Shown: one piece after another, positions 32,301 to 45,805 of the stretch
Numbering within the stretch: position 1 is the stretch's first letter
Layout: each line of letters begins with the position of its first letter
Source of the DNA: Mytilus californianus
Taxonomy: Eukaryota
NCBI RefSeq assembly: GCF_021869535.1
Contig: NW_026262734.1
Location: 23,870,001-23,934,000, forward strand
DNA length: 64,000 nucleotides
Direction of reading: 5' to 3'
Made by a program: the position numbers and the translations under genes
Notes under the pieces: model-generated
The model's database searches: none
What the model saw: the letters and a program-made list of their open reading frames with translations, nothing else
What the model was told of the DNA's origin: nothing

Positions 32301-34928
32301 CTCACCATGACTTGATACAAAACAAATGGTCTTACCATGACTTGATACAAACAAATGGTCTTACCATGACTTGATACAAACAAATGGTCTTACCATGACT
32401 TGATACAAACAAATGGTCTTACCGTGACTTGATACAAACAAATGGTCTTACCATGACTCGATACAAACAAATGGTCTTACCATGACTCGATACCAACAAA
32501 TGGTCATACCATGACTCGATACCAACAAATGGTCTTACCATGACTCGATACCAACAAATGGTCTTACCATGACTCGATACAAAAATGGTCTTACCATGAC
32601 TCGATACAAATACATGGTATTACCATGACTCGATACAAATACATGGTCTTACCATGACTCGATACAAATACATGGTCTTACCATGACTCGATACAAATAC
32701 ATGGTCTTACCATGACTCGATACAAACACATGGTCTTACCATGACTCGATACAAACACATGGTCTTACCATGACTCGATACAAACACATGGTCTTACCAT
32801 GACTTGATAACAAATGGTCTTACCATGACTTGATACAAATAAATGGTCTAACCATGACTTGATACAAATAAATAGTCTTACCACGACTTGATACAAATAA
32901 ATGGTCTTACCATGAATTGATACAAACAAATGGTCTTACCATGACTTGATACAAATAAATGGTCTTACTATGACTTGATACAAATAAATGGTCTTACCAT
33001 GACTTGGTACAAATAAATGGTCTTACCATGACTTGATACAAACACATGGTCTTACCATGACTGGATACAAATAAATGGTCTTACCATGACTTGATACAAA
33101 CACACTGTCTTACCATGACTTGATACAAACACACGGTCTTACCATGACTTGATACAAAAAATGGTCTTACCATGACTTGATACAAACACATGGTCTTACA
33201 ATGACTTGATACAAAAAATGGTCTTACCATGACTTGAAACAAACACATGTTCTTACCATGAGTTGATACAAAAAATGTTCTTACCATGACTTGATACAAA
33301 CACATGGTCTTACCATGACTTGATACAAAAAATGTTCTTACCATGACTTGATACAAACAAATGGTCTTACCATGACTTGATACAAACAAATGGTCTCACC
33401 ATGACTTGATACAGAAAAATGGTCTTACCATGACTTGATACATACAAACAAATGGTCTTACCATGACTTGATACAAACAAATGGTCTTACCATGACTTGA
33501 TACATACAAACAAATGGTCTTACCATGACTTGATACAAACAAATGGTCTTACCATGACTTGATACAAACAAATGGTCTTACCATGACTTGATACATACAA
33601 ACAAATGGTCTTACCATGACTTGATACAAACACATGATCTTACCATGACTTGATACAAACACATGGTCTAACCATGACTTGATACAAACACATGGTCTAA
33701 CCATGACTTGATACAAACACATGGTCATACCATGACTTGATACAAACACATGGTCATACCATGACTTGATACAAACACATGGTCATACCATGACTTGATA
33801 CAAACACATGGTCTTACCATGACTTGATACAAACACATGGTCTTACCATGACTTGATACCAAACACATGGTCTTACCATGACTTGATACCAAACACATGG
33901 TCTTACCATGACTTGATACAAACACATGGTCTTACCATGACTTGATACAAACACATGGTCTTACCATGACTTGATACAAACACATGGTCATACCATGACT
34001 TGATACAAACACATGGTCATACCATGACTTGATACAAACACATGGTCTTACCATGACTTGATACAAACACATGGTCTTACCATGACTTGATACAAATGGT
34101 CTTACCATGACTTGATACAAACAAATGGTCTTACCATGACTTGATACAAATGATCTTACCATGACTTGATACAAATGATCTGACCATGTAGATGATTGTT
34201 TGGTTGTATGTTGTTTGCCTAACGTTTCCCAGAAGGATCAGAATACTATAGTTTATTGTATATAAACATATATTATAATGAATTTGTTGAAAGTTGTTTA
34301 CCATTGTCCAGTGTCAATATTTGCAGGAAATTAAATGCAAAAAATTATTTTTACAGAAATTCAAATACAAATTAAAACTAAAAAAAGCAAAACCGACACA
34401 ACATTTAAACCCTTCAATACTGTTATGTTCATGAATACAGATCCTTAAAATTAGTATTGTGAAACATGCCGAAGATCAGAAATTGTCATTTTTAATAATT
34501 TAATCCTTTGTTGATCTATATCTGTCTGTCATGGAAGTTAAGGACTGTAACATAGGGAATACATAGTTAAATGTTATATGTCACACAAAATGTGTCCGAG
34601 GCCTACTTTGATTCACATGATTCAAACCTACTTTTGTAATGAAGTTGTCTAACAAATTATACATACTTATACTTACATTAAAGATAGTACCCAAAGAAAG
34701 GTAAAATGCAGAATGAGATTAACAGTATTATTGTTTTCGTAAATTGAAGTGGCGCCCTCTCCCTTTGATATGAAAAATGATCATTTTTTTGCTTAAAATC
34801 GTCCCAAAAAATGCCCTATTTTTACTATTTTTAACAATTGGACACTGATTCCGCCGTGAATTGTATAAACTAACCACGTACTACGTACCTTGGAAGATCA
34901 AGACAACTAAAATGGAATCATAATTCAT
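29349..34928 (-). CDS. Secreted two-domain Kazal-type protein (154 aa), not visible in the ORF track
   Basis: Exons 34889-34928, 31798-31924, 30255-30485 and 29349-29415 give MNYDSILVVLIFQVFTSPCYA-RALTRYYCELTDRINCRARDEAKACGSDGKTYYNMCALNIASCANPRLHAVHSGPC...FCLDLFHHNCLSERSFQLICASNRATYINLCEFDKDRCTHRNLHFVKYGAC*. It has a signal peptide, 2x6 Cys and consistent phases. Confidence 0.88.
29482..29823 (-). mobile_element. ~340-bp non-autonomous element: twister-like head, U-rich middle, structured 3' end
   Basis: The twister fold is at 29742-29823(-) and the tail is gttgtctcattggcaatcataccacatct. Related copies or fragments: 20440-20555(+), 29938-30038(+), 35790-35970(+), 41920-41980(-), 45483-45805(+), 49947-50125(-), 60847-60866(-). 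Confidence 0.8.
31025..31807 (-). repeat. 38-bp minisatellite (~20 units) made of the last 10 nt of Kazal exon 2 plus its 5' splice site
   Basis: The minus-strand unit ACTACAATAT|GTATGTATCCAATAGTTACGAGAAGTTT matches the real boundary ACTACAATAT|GTAGGTATCCAATATAGTTAAGATAAGTTT at 31798/31797. Degenerate copies also occur at ~30795-30870. Confidence 0.93.
32192..34190. repeat. 29-bp minisatellite (~65-70 units with 25/27/33-bp variants), Kazal intron 1
   Basis: (atgacttgatacaaacaaatggtcttacc)n. The ORFs MFVSSHGKT.. are repeat artefacts. Confidence 0.97.
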
Positions 34929-36107
34929 TTCAATATAAATTCCGTGCTCAAATATCCTTCTGTTTCAAATGATAAGTTATCATAAAGAGAAGAAAGAACT
35001 CTAGGAATTTGATTTTGTGACCTAGAAAAAGATAACTGGAATGGCATAACATTAGAGGGAACATGTTTTTGAATTCAACAGAATCTATACATGTTCTATA
35101 ATGCACATGCGAACAATTGTTTAATGACTATTTTAACAATACCCTAAACCTAAACGCGTAGACATTGCCAGAATTTTAGAAAAGACTATTGACTACAATT
35201 AGAGAACGAAATTGCCACGCAGACTATCACACAAAGTACGATAATATATGTCGATACAACTTCCAGGGAAAAAATTGGAGACCATTGTTCGTTTCAGTAT
35301 ACCTCGGACTATTTCCTTATTCGATCCATCATAATTGATAAGCACATTTCTTAAATAGTGTTGCAATGACCGCAATAAATTCGTTTATTTTATTGCGGCT
35401 ATAGTAAACATGGTAAATGTGAATAAAAATGTGTAGAATTCGATCCTTCATACACAACATTCCATTAATCTTATGTAAAATCTACAGATATACATTGCTG
35501 AGATAAGGCAGTCGTGATAAATTGTCACAAGTTTTTGACATTGACAGGCAAGAGAGTGCTTGAACACCACTGTGTAAAAATGCTTCGATATATAATCCTT
35601 CTTGTGCCTGCCATTTGTAAGTAAACTATTTCAAAAATATATCAACATTTAATGAATAAAATTTCAAAATAGTATGCAACAATGAAAATCTGACTTGGCT
35701 AAATATTGTACAATTGATACAAAATGAAAATTAGTCAAAATTTGATATCTTTTTGTGACCTTTTAAATTAAAATTAAAAAAAATAATGCATAAGGCCGTT
35801 GATTCTTTTCTTTTGACTTGTTTTACATTATTTCATGCCGAGTCCTTTGAAAGCTGACTATTCGGTATGGATTTTGTTCATTCTTGAAGGTCAAACTGTG
35901 ACCTACAGTTGTCGTATCCTTGTCCTTTTGGTCTTAGCTGGAGAGTCATTGGCAACCATACATTTCATAATTTTTATATAAAATCCTCGTTTTCATTGCC
36001 CGTTTTTATTTTGTATTTGTTGCCAATGCATGCTTTTTATTAATTATTTTCTTTGTTTGTTTAATCACTTTATTTAGGCTTGTAGCGTTTTGTTCTAACT
36101 GTCTAAT

Positions 36108-38579
36108 ATGACGGTAGTACAAAGAAAGTTACTTCAAACAAGTCTAGGTGTATGGGAGTAAAAACAGGCACAATCCCTATGGGAAGTCAAGTTATTACAG
36201 TAGAGTGGCAATCATTTACTGAATATTTTCACTTCATTCGAGCAAGCTCAACATTGTTAATATACCGATTTTCAACATATTTTTGTCCTTCTTGTTTAGT
36301 TTTGATCGTCCTAGCGGAGGAATATGAGAGAGAAAGAAGAGGTTATCGTTGTGCAATGTTTCTAGGACATCACTGTTTTGGTGAACCGTATGACCCACAG
36401 TGTGGATCTAACAACATGACATATTATAATAGGTAAGTTATACAATACGCATTATAAAAGAACAGAATAACAAGTGTATAGTAATCTCTTATATAATTCA
36501 ATGACCACTGGCAATATACAGTACACTAAGGGAACGTTCTATCACTAATGCAATTCCGTTCAAGCTCATCTCTAAACTACCAACGATGTTTGATACTAAG
36601 TTCATTTGAACCAAACAATATCTCACAACTACCAACGTATGTTTGAAGACAATTTCATTTGAACCAAACAAAATCAGTTTGCCTTCTTTTAACTAACCAA
36701 CATCTCGCTGGTCTAACCATGCAACATTATCATACTCATACAGTTTCACAGTTCTATCATTAATCGATCTACAGATTGGTTGTATTTTTTTATATTTTCA
36801 TTATACATGCAAGGTTTCTTCGTATATAATTGGCATTTTATCACAAAAATGTTGTAATTTGAGTTTATGATACAGTTGCCTGGCTTGCAAAATGAAATAT
36901 TTTAAGTAATCTAAGACACATACAATCAGCATTTAAAAGCTCGTTTCCAATCGTTTCTAGAGAAGGGTATATAATAGATGCGTATACATGATTGTTATAC
37001 TTCCCTATATAGTCAATGTTAAAGGAAACTATCGTCTTTAATAGTGCTGATTGGTTTTCTAAGGGGAGTTCGTATGAATCCCTGAGCCCGAGTTGTAGGT
37101 ATGTTACCGAGTTATAAAATTTAACTTGGCCAGCTATATAAATCATAGATACTTAGGGACAGGACACTTTTTTTAGCCCTCCCCCTTTTTCCAAAATCTT
37201 TTATTTTTTGTTTTCTTTTCAAATATTATCGCGTTTTCTGTGATATATATATATATATATATTAACATAAATATACTAGAAATAACATATATTTACCATT
37301 TACTATCAATTCCTAGTTTAATATCCACATTGGTCACTCAAAATATGTATTGTATAATGCATATTGTGTTAAAAAAAACTGTATTTAAAGTAGCATGTAA
37401 AAGTAGGCGTCGAACATTCTACAGAATTTTGTCTCTTTCTTACAGATGCGACTTCGCCAAAAATCACTGCCAAGTAAGAACTATTCATCTAGCCCACAAT
37501 GGCACCTGTCATGGAGAAAGTCAAGAAGGTACTCTCACCCATGGGGAATGGATCGTACTCCAGTATACATGTGAATTGCTGTTGCTGAAAGGCTGTCCTG
37601 ACGATATTGCTGAGATCTGTGCTTCAAACGGAAAAACATACCTGAATGAGTATGTTTAAAAACATTATTTACACTGCACTTTAAAATACCATTGATACTC
37701 AAAAACATTAAAGAACTATGTTTTACTCTTGGACATTCTACTGCGCGAGTTTTAAATGTCCGTACAAGTGATTGTCAAGCAGTCGATCGAACCATGTGAA
37801 GTCGAGCTCGACAGCTACCTATTAATCTTTTGTGTTGGGCTATAATTTGTTTTATCGATCTGCGACAAATATTAAATTATAGATAAAAAAGAACAGAATA
37901 CAATCTGCTCCAATCGTACATGTATACACATGTTTTGAAAATATATTTAAACTTTAGAAAATTACTTGGAGATTCCTGAAAACCAAAAGTCAAGTGGCAA
38001 ATATTACACATTAGATAAAACCGTTTATAAACTACGAAAAATAAACTTATTGATTACATTGTTTGTTTTCATGAGTTTTCTTTACGGTGAAATTTTTTTT
38101 ATAAATCAGATCAAATAAGGTAATGAAACCCCAGTTGAATTGTCCTTTAAAAACATGGAAATAAACCGGTATAAAGCAAGGACATTTCTACTCATGACAA
38201 TTCTTTTTATGCCCGCTTTATACGATAAAACAAGGGATTTTTTGGGGGGTCTGACCGTCAGGCCGCCCGTCCCGTTCACGGTTAATGTTTTGGTTTAAAA
38301 TACGTTAAAGTTTTTATTTAAAGTGGTTTGTGGTCATCAACTTGAAACTCAGTACACATGACCATTATGAAGTGACGCGTTTAATATGTATGCCAAATTA
38401 GATTTTTTTTCAACCAAATTTCCATTTATAGAACTACATTAAACATGTTAAAGGTTGTTTTTTTCTGAAGTTAGATGGAATAATTATTTTTGTGTATACA
38501 TTGCAGATGTGAATATGAACTACAAAGATGTATGCACCCAGAGCTTACCATTCTTAAGCGAGAGGCTTGTGTAGCTTAA
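36108..38579 (+). CDS. Secreted two-domain Kazal-type protein (149 aa)
   Basis: Exons 36108-36147 (less certain), 36300-36432, 37446-37649 and 38507-38579 give ...CAMFLGHHCFGEPYDPQCGSNNMTYYNRCDFAKNHC...GTC...CELLLLKGCPDDIAEICASNGKTYLNECEYELQRC...EACVA*. AATAAA is at 38594. Confidence 0.88.
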
Positions 38580-38961
38580 GTTTCATCGAACATAATAAAA
38601 TGTATAAACATTGTTTAAATGTATTCATATATCTTAATACTTTCATCGTCACTGACGTAGAGATGAATCATGTCCTCTTTAGGGGGAAAATTCAAGTGTT
38701 CTATAAAATTTATCAAATATTGCATGCATGTGACATCTCTATATATACAAGAGAACTGGCACATAGGCTAAGTTTGGGACATAATAATTATGATTAAAGT
38801 TTTTACACTGATCACATTTTTTATTGTCAAATGATATTATGTACATTAAAAGCTTTTTGTAGTTCCCCCTGTAAGCTCTTTACACCGGTTAAATGTCATA
38901 GTCCTTCAACTGTACAAAGCATCTCACAACAACGACGCTCTAGGCTTGTTCTTTAAAGAGT

Positions 38962-41900
38962 CTATGATTCGACTTTCAAATATTTTCTTGTGCATGTAAC
39001 TTCTTTGTCGCCATCATATGCAACTAGTTTCTAAAATTAATTATAAAATAAAAGAAACATAAGACATAAACAAGATTAATGGAAGTTTAATGTATTTGTG
39101 TTTTGTCATACAAACATATGGACAAATTAGAGGGTACAATTCAAAAGTTATCAACTACATCATGGTTTTCCACGAAGCTACAACCCAACTATCGTATATA
39201 TATATCTATATATATATATGCCGATACTTTAACATCAAAGAATACGTGTTACATTTTTCTCTTATACGTGAGTTCTTTCGAGCACATTGATTTTGAAAGT
39301 AGTAAATCTTTATAGAATGTTCTTGAATTATGAACAAAAGGACATGCGTGCTAAACATTAATGAGACAACAGCCTTTAATCTATTGGTATCTCTATTGTA
39401 ACATCTATTATAACATGCACGACATAGTCAATACTTGAAGAAACTATCCTTGCGCTTCAGTTTTTGTTTATCGCAAATATACAACAACAAAAGGCTTATA
39501 ATAAAAGTCAGTCCTGCCTTTATACCTTATATCTTATAAGTGAGAAACCGCAAACAATCATACTGTTTGGTCTATCTGTCCTTTACAGTACATTACCCAA
39601 TAACTTTTAAAAACTGTTATCACTAAACTATAACCGACAAATAACCTACCAGAGTCATGGTGTTGCCTTCAAATTCTCGTGATATAAGAGAATTGCAGTC
39701 TCCCTTTTGGTCAATATCTAATCTGTTACCCTCCAAGCGTGCTGTACTCTGTAACACAATATACAATGATATGATTCAAATAAAAAAGCCTGCTAAGGCC
39801 AAAGTTGTTTTGAAACTGCCAATACTTCCGATTGGACCTGGTGCATTATTTGTACCGATTATTAGGTTGTCTGCATATGGATATCGTAAAATATCAGCTG
39901 CGAGTCACATCACAATATGAAGCTTTTTGTCGAGTGAGCGCAGCGAACGAGATCAAAAAAGCTTCATATTGTGTCGAGCAGCTGAATATCAATATCAATA
40001 TGCAGACATCCAGATAATCGATTTATCGGATTGTATATGCGTATTTTGCATGATAGAAACATGTGTTTTCTTTGTTTCACCAGAAAACGGGAAGATGACG
40101 TGATAAGTTCGGGGCAAACTTATCAACGTCGGTTCATATATTATGACGTCGGTGATATGTCCAGGTCAACGTTATTAAGGCCAGGTCAACGTATTTGACG
40201 CCACAAAGCCATGATATACAATTTTATTAAGAGCTGGGCAGAGTGATATAGGCAGTGGGACGACCGATAAAACAACTTATATTCCGGAACCATTTCATGC
40301 GTTATGCTATTTTTCTCATAGTTGAAGACGATATTACGATCATTGGTGTTAAAATGTCGGTTAAAAGCTCATTAGAGTTTATGTTATGTCTTTATTTGTC
40401 AGTATACTATGCCGACTCTGAATAAAGATTATTTATTAGTACTTTATTTTGATGTATGCTTTACTCCGTCACTGGGTCATTAATGCGACACAGTGTCTTT
40501 ATATTCAAGCATAATGAGTCCATTAAATGGTTTTGTCTGATCTTAGATCGATCTGGTTTTGTCCTATTTTCTATTTGTTACTTTTCTATAGCTATCCAAA
40601 CTTGTCTATGAGAGTTCTTGGTGAAGGTTTATTTATTGAATACTAGAAAACACGCGATTAAAAAGATTTTAACGTTCTAAGTCAGTGGCTTTCTTTTTTT
40701 CTTTCTGTCCTATTTGCTTTTTTTGTTTCCATGCCAATGTGCGACTCCTTCCTTTATTTTCTATAACTGTCGCTATATTATGTATGTGTTTGCTGTCATC
40801 ATATATGTGTATTGTATGTGTAAGGAGAGGACTTTATATAAGTTGTTATAACTTGTGTCCAATCCTTTTGCTTGATCAATGCAATAAAATATTATTAAAT
40901 TAACGCGATTATATCTATTTTCAATTTTCACATTGCCAACACACACAATAAGTGAACACTAACATTAAAAGAGATAAGTGAACGAATTTCGTCAAAGGCT
41001 TTTTGTTCCGTTTGTTGTATTTCATGCATTGTTGTTGTGGTGCATTACTTTTCTACACCTTTTATTGGTTTTAATCCAGTTTTCTTTCGTTTAAGTACTA
41101 CACTGTACTGCCTTTTAACACTGCTTAGAAATTTGGCTGGATTTACTCCATTTTGAATACCGTTGTCGTGTGACGCGATAATGTTTTGATTTTTTTGTTT
41201 GATTTTTATACCATTTTATTGAGATACATAATGGTGCTGTGCTCTTTGAAAATTTCAGTTGGTTTTTAGTCATAAAGTATTCTATGTAATGAATTGCAAT
41301 AACTCTTCATCCCGGGACTGGGGTTATTTCCTACATAATTCTTAGTGTGCCAAAATATATGGTGACTTTTCGGAAACATGCCAAGAAATCCTCGCTCAAA
41401 CCTCCGGTGGACCTCCTACGGCACCCATTTAGATAAAGATTTGATTTCATACAATAAATTAATTTATGACCTGCATATACGTGTCGCTTAGAACACGGCA
41501 ATGTACCAAATGGTCAATATTAATCATCCGTGTAATTTGCTCTATGTGATGTTTGCAAACTTTCAACGGAGGCAATTTCTTGGCATGAATAAATTAAATG
41601 AAATAATGTCTGAAAATTTAGATGAACTTGATTAAAACACAATCTAGAATGATATTTGAACATTGTTTTATTACATTTTTCAAAATTAATGTGGTTATTT
41701 TGTTGCCTGTTGCCCTAGATTTAAAAGATAATTTTGATTAATAACAGGTCAGAGGTAATGGAAAATTTTGGCAGAGTAAGTCGACAGTCAATATCCGATC
41801 ACGCAACAGTTTTGGTGGCAGTGTATGTAATGTTAACTGTACTACACTGTCTGCTGAAATAATATGATGTTCGAAGGTGGCACTGTATGTATATACTTAA

Positions 41901-44178
41901 AATTTGATACTGTATATATAAATAAGAAGATGTGGTATGAGTGCCAATGAGACAACTCTCCATCCAAGTCACAATGTGTAAAAAGTTAAATTTGATATTG
42001 TGTCTAGTTTATTAGCAAAAGTACAAAATTTGCTATTCTACGCTTTTGGGATTTGGGATGTAGGGGATAACAAAGTGGGGATGTGGGATATATGGGGTAA
42101 AAAAAGTGGGATATAGTGGGTAAAAGGAGGGGATATGGGATAGAGTGGGTAAAAAGTGGGACGGAGAAAAAAAGAAAGGAAAAAGGAAGAGGTTGGGAAG
42201 CGGGATTATGGAAATGAGCGCCCCCGTGTCAACCCCTCTTAGATACAGGATTCACTATCAGCCTTTCATTTGTCTGTTATGTACCTTCACTTTTCGCCCA
42301 TCTGCTGTAGTTTCATTGAATTCTTCATTAAGTTTGAAATTGATTTCTGTTGTTTTTATAGTAGTTATAGTTTTTATGGTCCAGTGGTCACCATCCACAG
42401 ATATTTCTATTGTTGGCTTGGCCATGTTTGCCATCTTTCTCATTACTAACCCAACACCTAAAAAGGACCAGTAGCATTTTAATTGATATAATCATGTATA
42501 GTTAATGATTGATCGTTATTTGCTTCAAGTTCAGCGGCCAATATTTCATGCATATTTTGGACGAGAACAAATTTATAAATAAATGAACTAAGATGGTTCT
42601 GCAAAATATCGGGATAAAAAAAGAATGTATGTTAAGTTGACCGGGATTTAAAAAAAAAGACAATTTTACTGAAAAAAGAAAGTCTGTTTGGTGGGCACGA
42701 TTTTTTGTCTTGTAAAAGGTTGGCACAACGCGGCAAAATTCGTTTGTTTATCACAAACGAGCGTATCTGTTTAAAATGCGACTACATACAAAAAACTAAA
42801 AGAAAGTGACGAAAATTTAATTGAAAAATGTCTACCGTGTGTTGATTTCTGTGTGTCTTTAGTGTGTGTGGGTGTCTTGTTGGGTTGCTGTCGCATTGAA
42901 GTATACCACATATCACTTTTTATTTATACCTGAAATAATACGCCGTTGTAAAAGAGAGGCGACAGATACCAAAGGGACATGTAATATACACGATTTTGGA
43001 TACTAATGTTACCCTTTATTTTTTTAAAAAGAAAAAAGAGGGACTGCATAACAAATGATAATACTGGACATCATATTAAATCAAATTTATTGAATCGTCA
43101 GTTTTCAATGGATGAACGTACATTTTTTTTTAAATATATCAATTGTTTATATTACTGCTTTGGAAAACTGTTTACTGACATATCATCGTACCCATATATC
43201 TGAAGCATTTTTTCTTTCTCTTTATCGTTTTAATTGAATTTCTCTATATGGAAAGTGGGCGTTGAAGGAGGTCTGCATCTTTCATTACTTTTAACTTTCA
43301 GATCAAGCTGACCGTGTGTCTATTATCTAATAGTGTAATTGTTAGAAGGGTCGTGCCCTACATTAATTACATTTTTGTCCATTTTATTTGACAGGTCAGG
43401 TGAAAAGTCACCGGCCTATCCTCTGTAAAGGAAGATAAATGATTTATATTATAATGGTCATCGGTTATCAGTTAACTATTGTAGCAAAACAAAATATTGT
43501 AGTAAACTTTTACAAATAAAATACGACTGCATTGCTTAAACACGTTCGAGTAAAATATGGTGTATTGCATTAAAACGAAAACAAAAATTAATCAAGTTCC
43601 ATAATATGAGAAACAATAAGCTTTCTGTCAAATTTGTCGATACAATATAGAATTAAAATTGTTGCATTAGTTTTAATGAATTAATAAATTTGTTTACATC
43701 CTTTTGCAGAATTGCATTCTTAATTCTGCTCAATGTAATTCCGTCAATTTGTTTTTGGTTGGTTTCGATCCTAAAATATGCATAAGAATTAAGATCATCC
43801 ACGTGTACAATAGTCATCTTCATATATAAAAACCTTTGATCTCCACTCAAGTAGTCGTCAACTTTGAAACACGTATACTGACTGAAAACATTAATAATTT
43901 TAAGTGACTAGAAATATATTCATAATAATCAGTTTATCTTCCAGATTCAAGGATATGCAAATAGATATCCAGGTGATAAATGCAGTTTTGATTATAAGTA
44001 CACAATGAAAACATACAGTCCATAATATTATTACTACATTATCTGAAATATTACATTATTTACATATTATCTGAAATACTACATTATATCTACCCAATAT
44101 CTTACCCAATGCTTTCATATAATCATCAAAATTATGAGATTCTGCCATTCTCCATGTTCCCAAGGCTAAGTCTGCCAT
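38962..44178 (-). CDS. Fatty acid-binding protein (iLBP family), 137 aa
   Basis: Exons 44106-44178 (73 nt), 42285-42457 (173 nt), 39650-39748 and 38962-39030 show the canonical FABP four-exon layout. Motifs [40 protein letters not shown] and VTCTRKY. Confidence 0.95.
39855..40030. mobile_element. Small foldback MITE-like element in FABP intron 2
   Basis: Nested inverted repeats ttgtctgcatat/atatgcagaca, cagctgc/gcagctg and cacaatatgaagctttttg/caaaaaagcttcatattgtg around a gagcgcagcgaacgag spacer. Confidence 0.7.
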
Positions 44179-45482
44179 TGTAATTACTATTTTATAGGAA
44201 TAGTAGAGTTGATGTCTATAATATATCGATTGAAGGTGCAGTAAAGAAAACATAACTCATGACAGTAATCTTTTTAAATTGGCGGGAAATTCGGTACACG
44301 GTCTTTGATTACTATTTTCTTTGATTCAAAATGTTTGATTCTATATTATCGTAAGGGTTTTCGATTGCTTCAATATATGCAAACAAATTTCGTCTTTATA
44401 TTGTTATGTTTTTGTTGGTTTGAGGTTTCAAAGATTTCATCAAAAAATAAATAAAAAATGAAGGAATATATTTTAGATAGATGGACAAAAAAAACTATTC
44501 GCCAATCAATGAATAATTATGCTTAGTGCAAATCTCCATTTGATTTACAAATAAATCTAGGTACCCAGACTTCATCAAATAAGAAATGTACAATTCATGT
44601 AAAAATTGTTCTTAAAAATTCGTTAATATTTTCGGCCAAATGAAATCAGGACAAGGGTTTATATACTCTATAAATCCTCGAGGAAAACGATAAAACTTTA
44701 ACTTGCATTTGAAGACGATGCAAGTGGAGTGGAATAGTTTTTGACAGAAATGAAAAGGAATAGCGGGTTCGATAGACCCAAATATGACCACTATTTCTAG
44801 ATAAAATTTCAAATCAGCATGTAAAGCCGTTTATCATAATCTATCATAGTTAAAACAAAAATAGATGTATAGAAAATAGGCCTTTTAGAGTTTCCGTACC
44901 CAGAGTCGGATTACGCCCCCTTTTAATTGGATTTTTTTTATCGCAAAAATTAATGGTTAAAAAAACATTTTTTTCAATGTTCAGCGTTTTTTTTTTACCA
45001 TATCTGCCATTCACGCACACCCTTTCTTCGAATCTTAAATATGCGTATCGACATTCTTTTTATAGCATTAAAACAATATTATCAAAGACGTTAATTTTAC
45101 ACCCAATTCAATGAAAATAAACCAATCTCCATCTGTTTTAGGACCGGAAACATATAGCACAGGAATCACAGATGCTTATAACAAATAACCTATCATTCAA
45201 CAAAACATTTATAAATATATTTAAGGTGGTATGGGTGTCTTCCGCCATCTTGGATTCTAAAATAGTAGAACACAACAGGTCTAGAATTTTAATTAGGTCA
45301 GCAAATTTCGATGTAGGAGTGCAACTAATAAAAAAAAAGTTTCCATTTAAATGTACAGAGTAATGTGATCCTAGGTTATCATCACTCATATTTTTACAAA
45401 AATAGAATATTTTTTCTTGATTTCCATTTTGTGAATCTTGGAGTATTAAGGGGAGGTAACTTAGAAAAAGTATACTTTGGCG

Positions 45483-45805
45483 CCCGCTTACATGTTTAAC
45501 CCCGCTACATTCTGTATTTGCCTGTCCCAAGTCAGGAGCCTGTATTTCAGTGGTTGTCGTGTGTTGCTGTATATCATATTTGTATCTCGTTCATCAAGTT
45601 GTTTTTAACATAAATCTGCTCGTTAGTTTTCTCGTTTGAATAGCTTTACATTTGTCATGTCGGGGCCTTTTATAGCTGAGTATGCAGTATCGTATAGTTT
45701 TTGCTCATTGTTGAAGGCCGTACGGTAACCTATAGTTATTAACGTCTATGTCATTTGGTCTCTGGTGGAGAATTGTCACATTGGCAATTAACCACATCTT
45801 TTTAG
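45483..45805 (+). mobile_element. 5'-truncated copy of the twister-headed non-autonomous element
   Basis: catgtt-TAA-CCCC-GC-tacattctgtatttg-CCTG-TCCCAAGT-CAGG-AG-cctg at 45491-45542. The GGGGGAGGG half is missing; the 3' tail is intact. Confidence 0.8.

Noticed and set aside
31025-34190. Regularly spaced repeats superficially like CRISPR arrays
   Set aside because: The units are head-to-tail with no unique spacers, the context is eukaryotic, and there are no cas genes.
38579-38962. Possible overlapping 3' UTRs of the convergent Kazal and FABP genes (382 bp between stops)
   Set aside because: Separate poly(A) signals at 38594 (+) and 38820-38825 (-) predict non-overlapping ends.
40605-40660. 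Hammerhead-like remnant (cttggtgaagg...gaaaacacgcg)
   Set aside because: The core and stems are too degraded to support a call.
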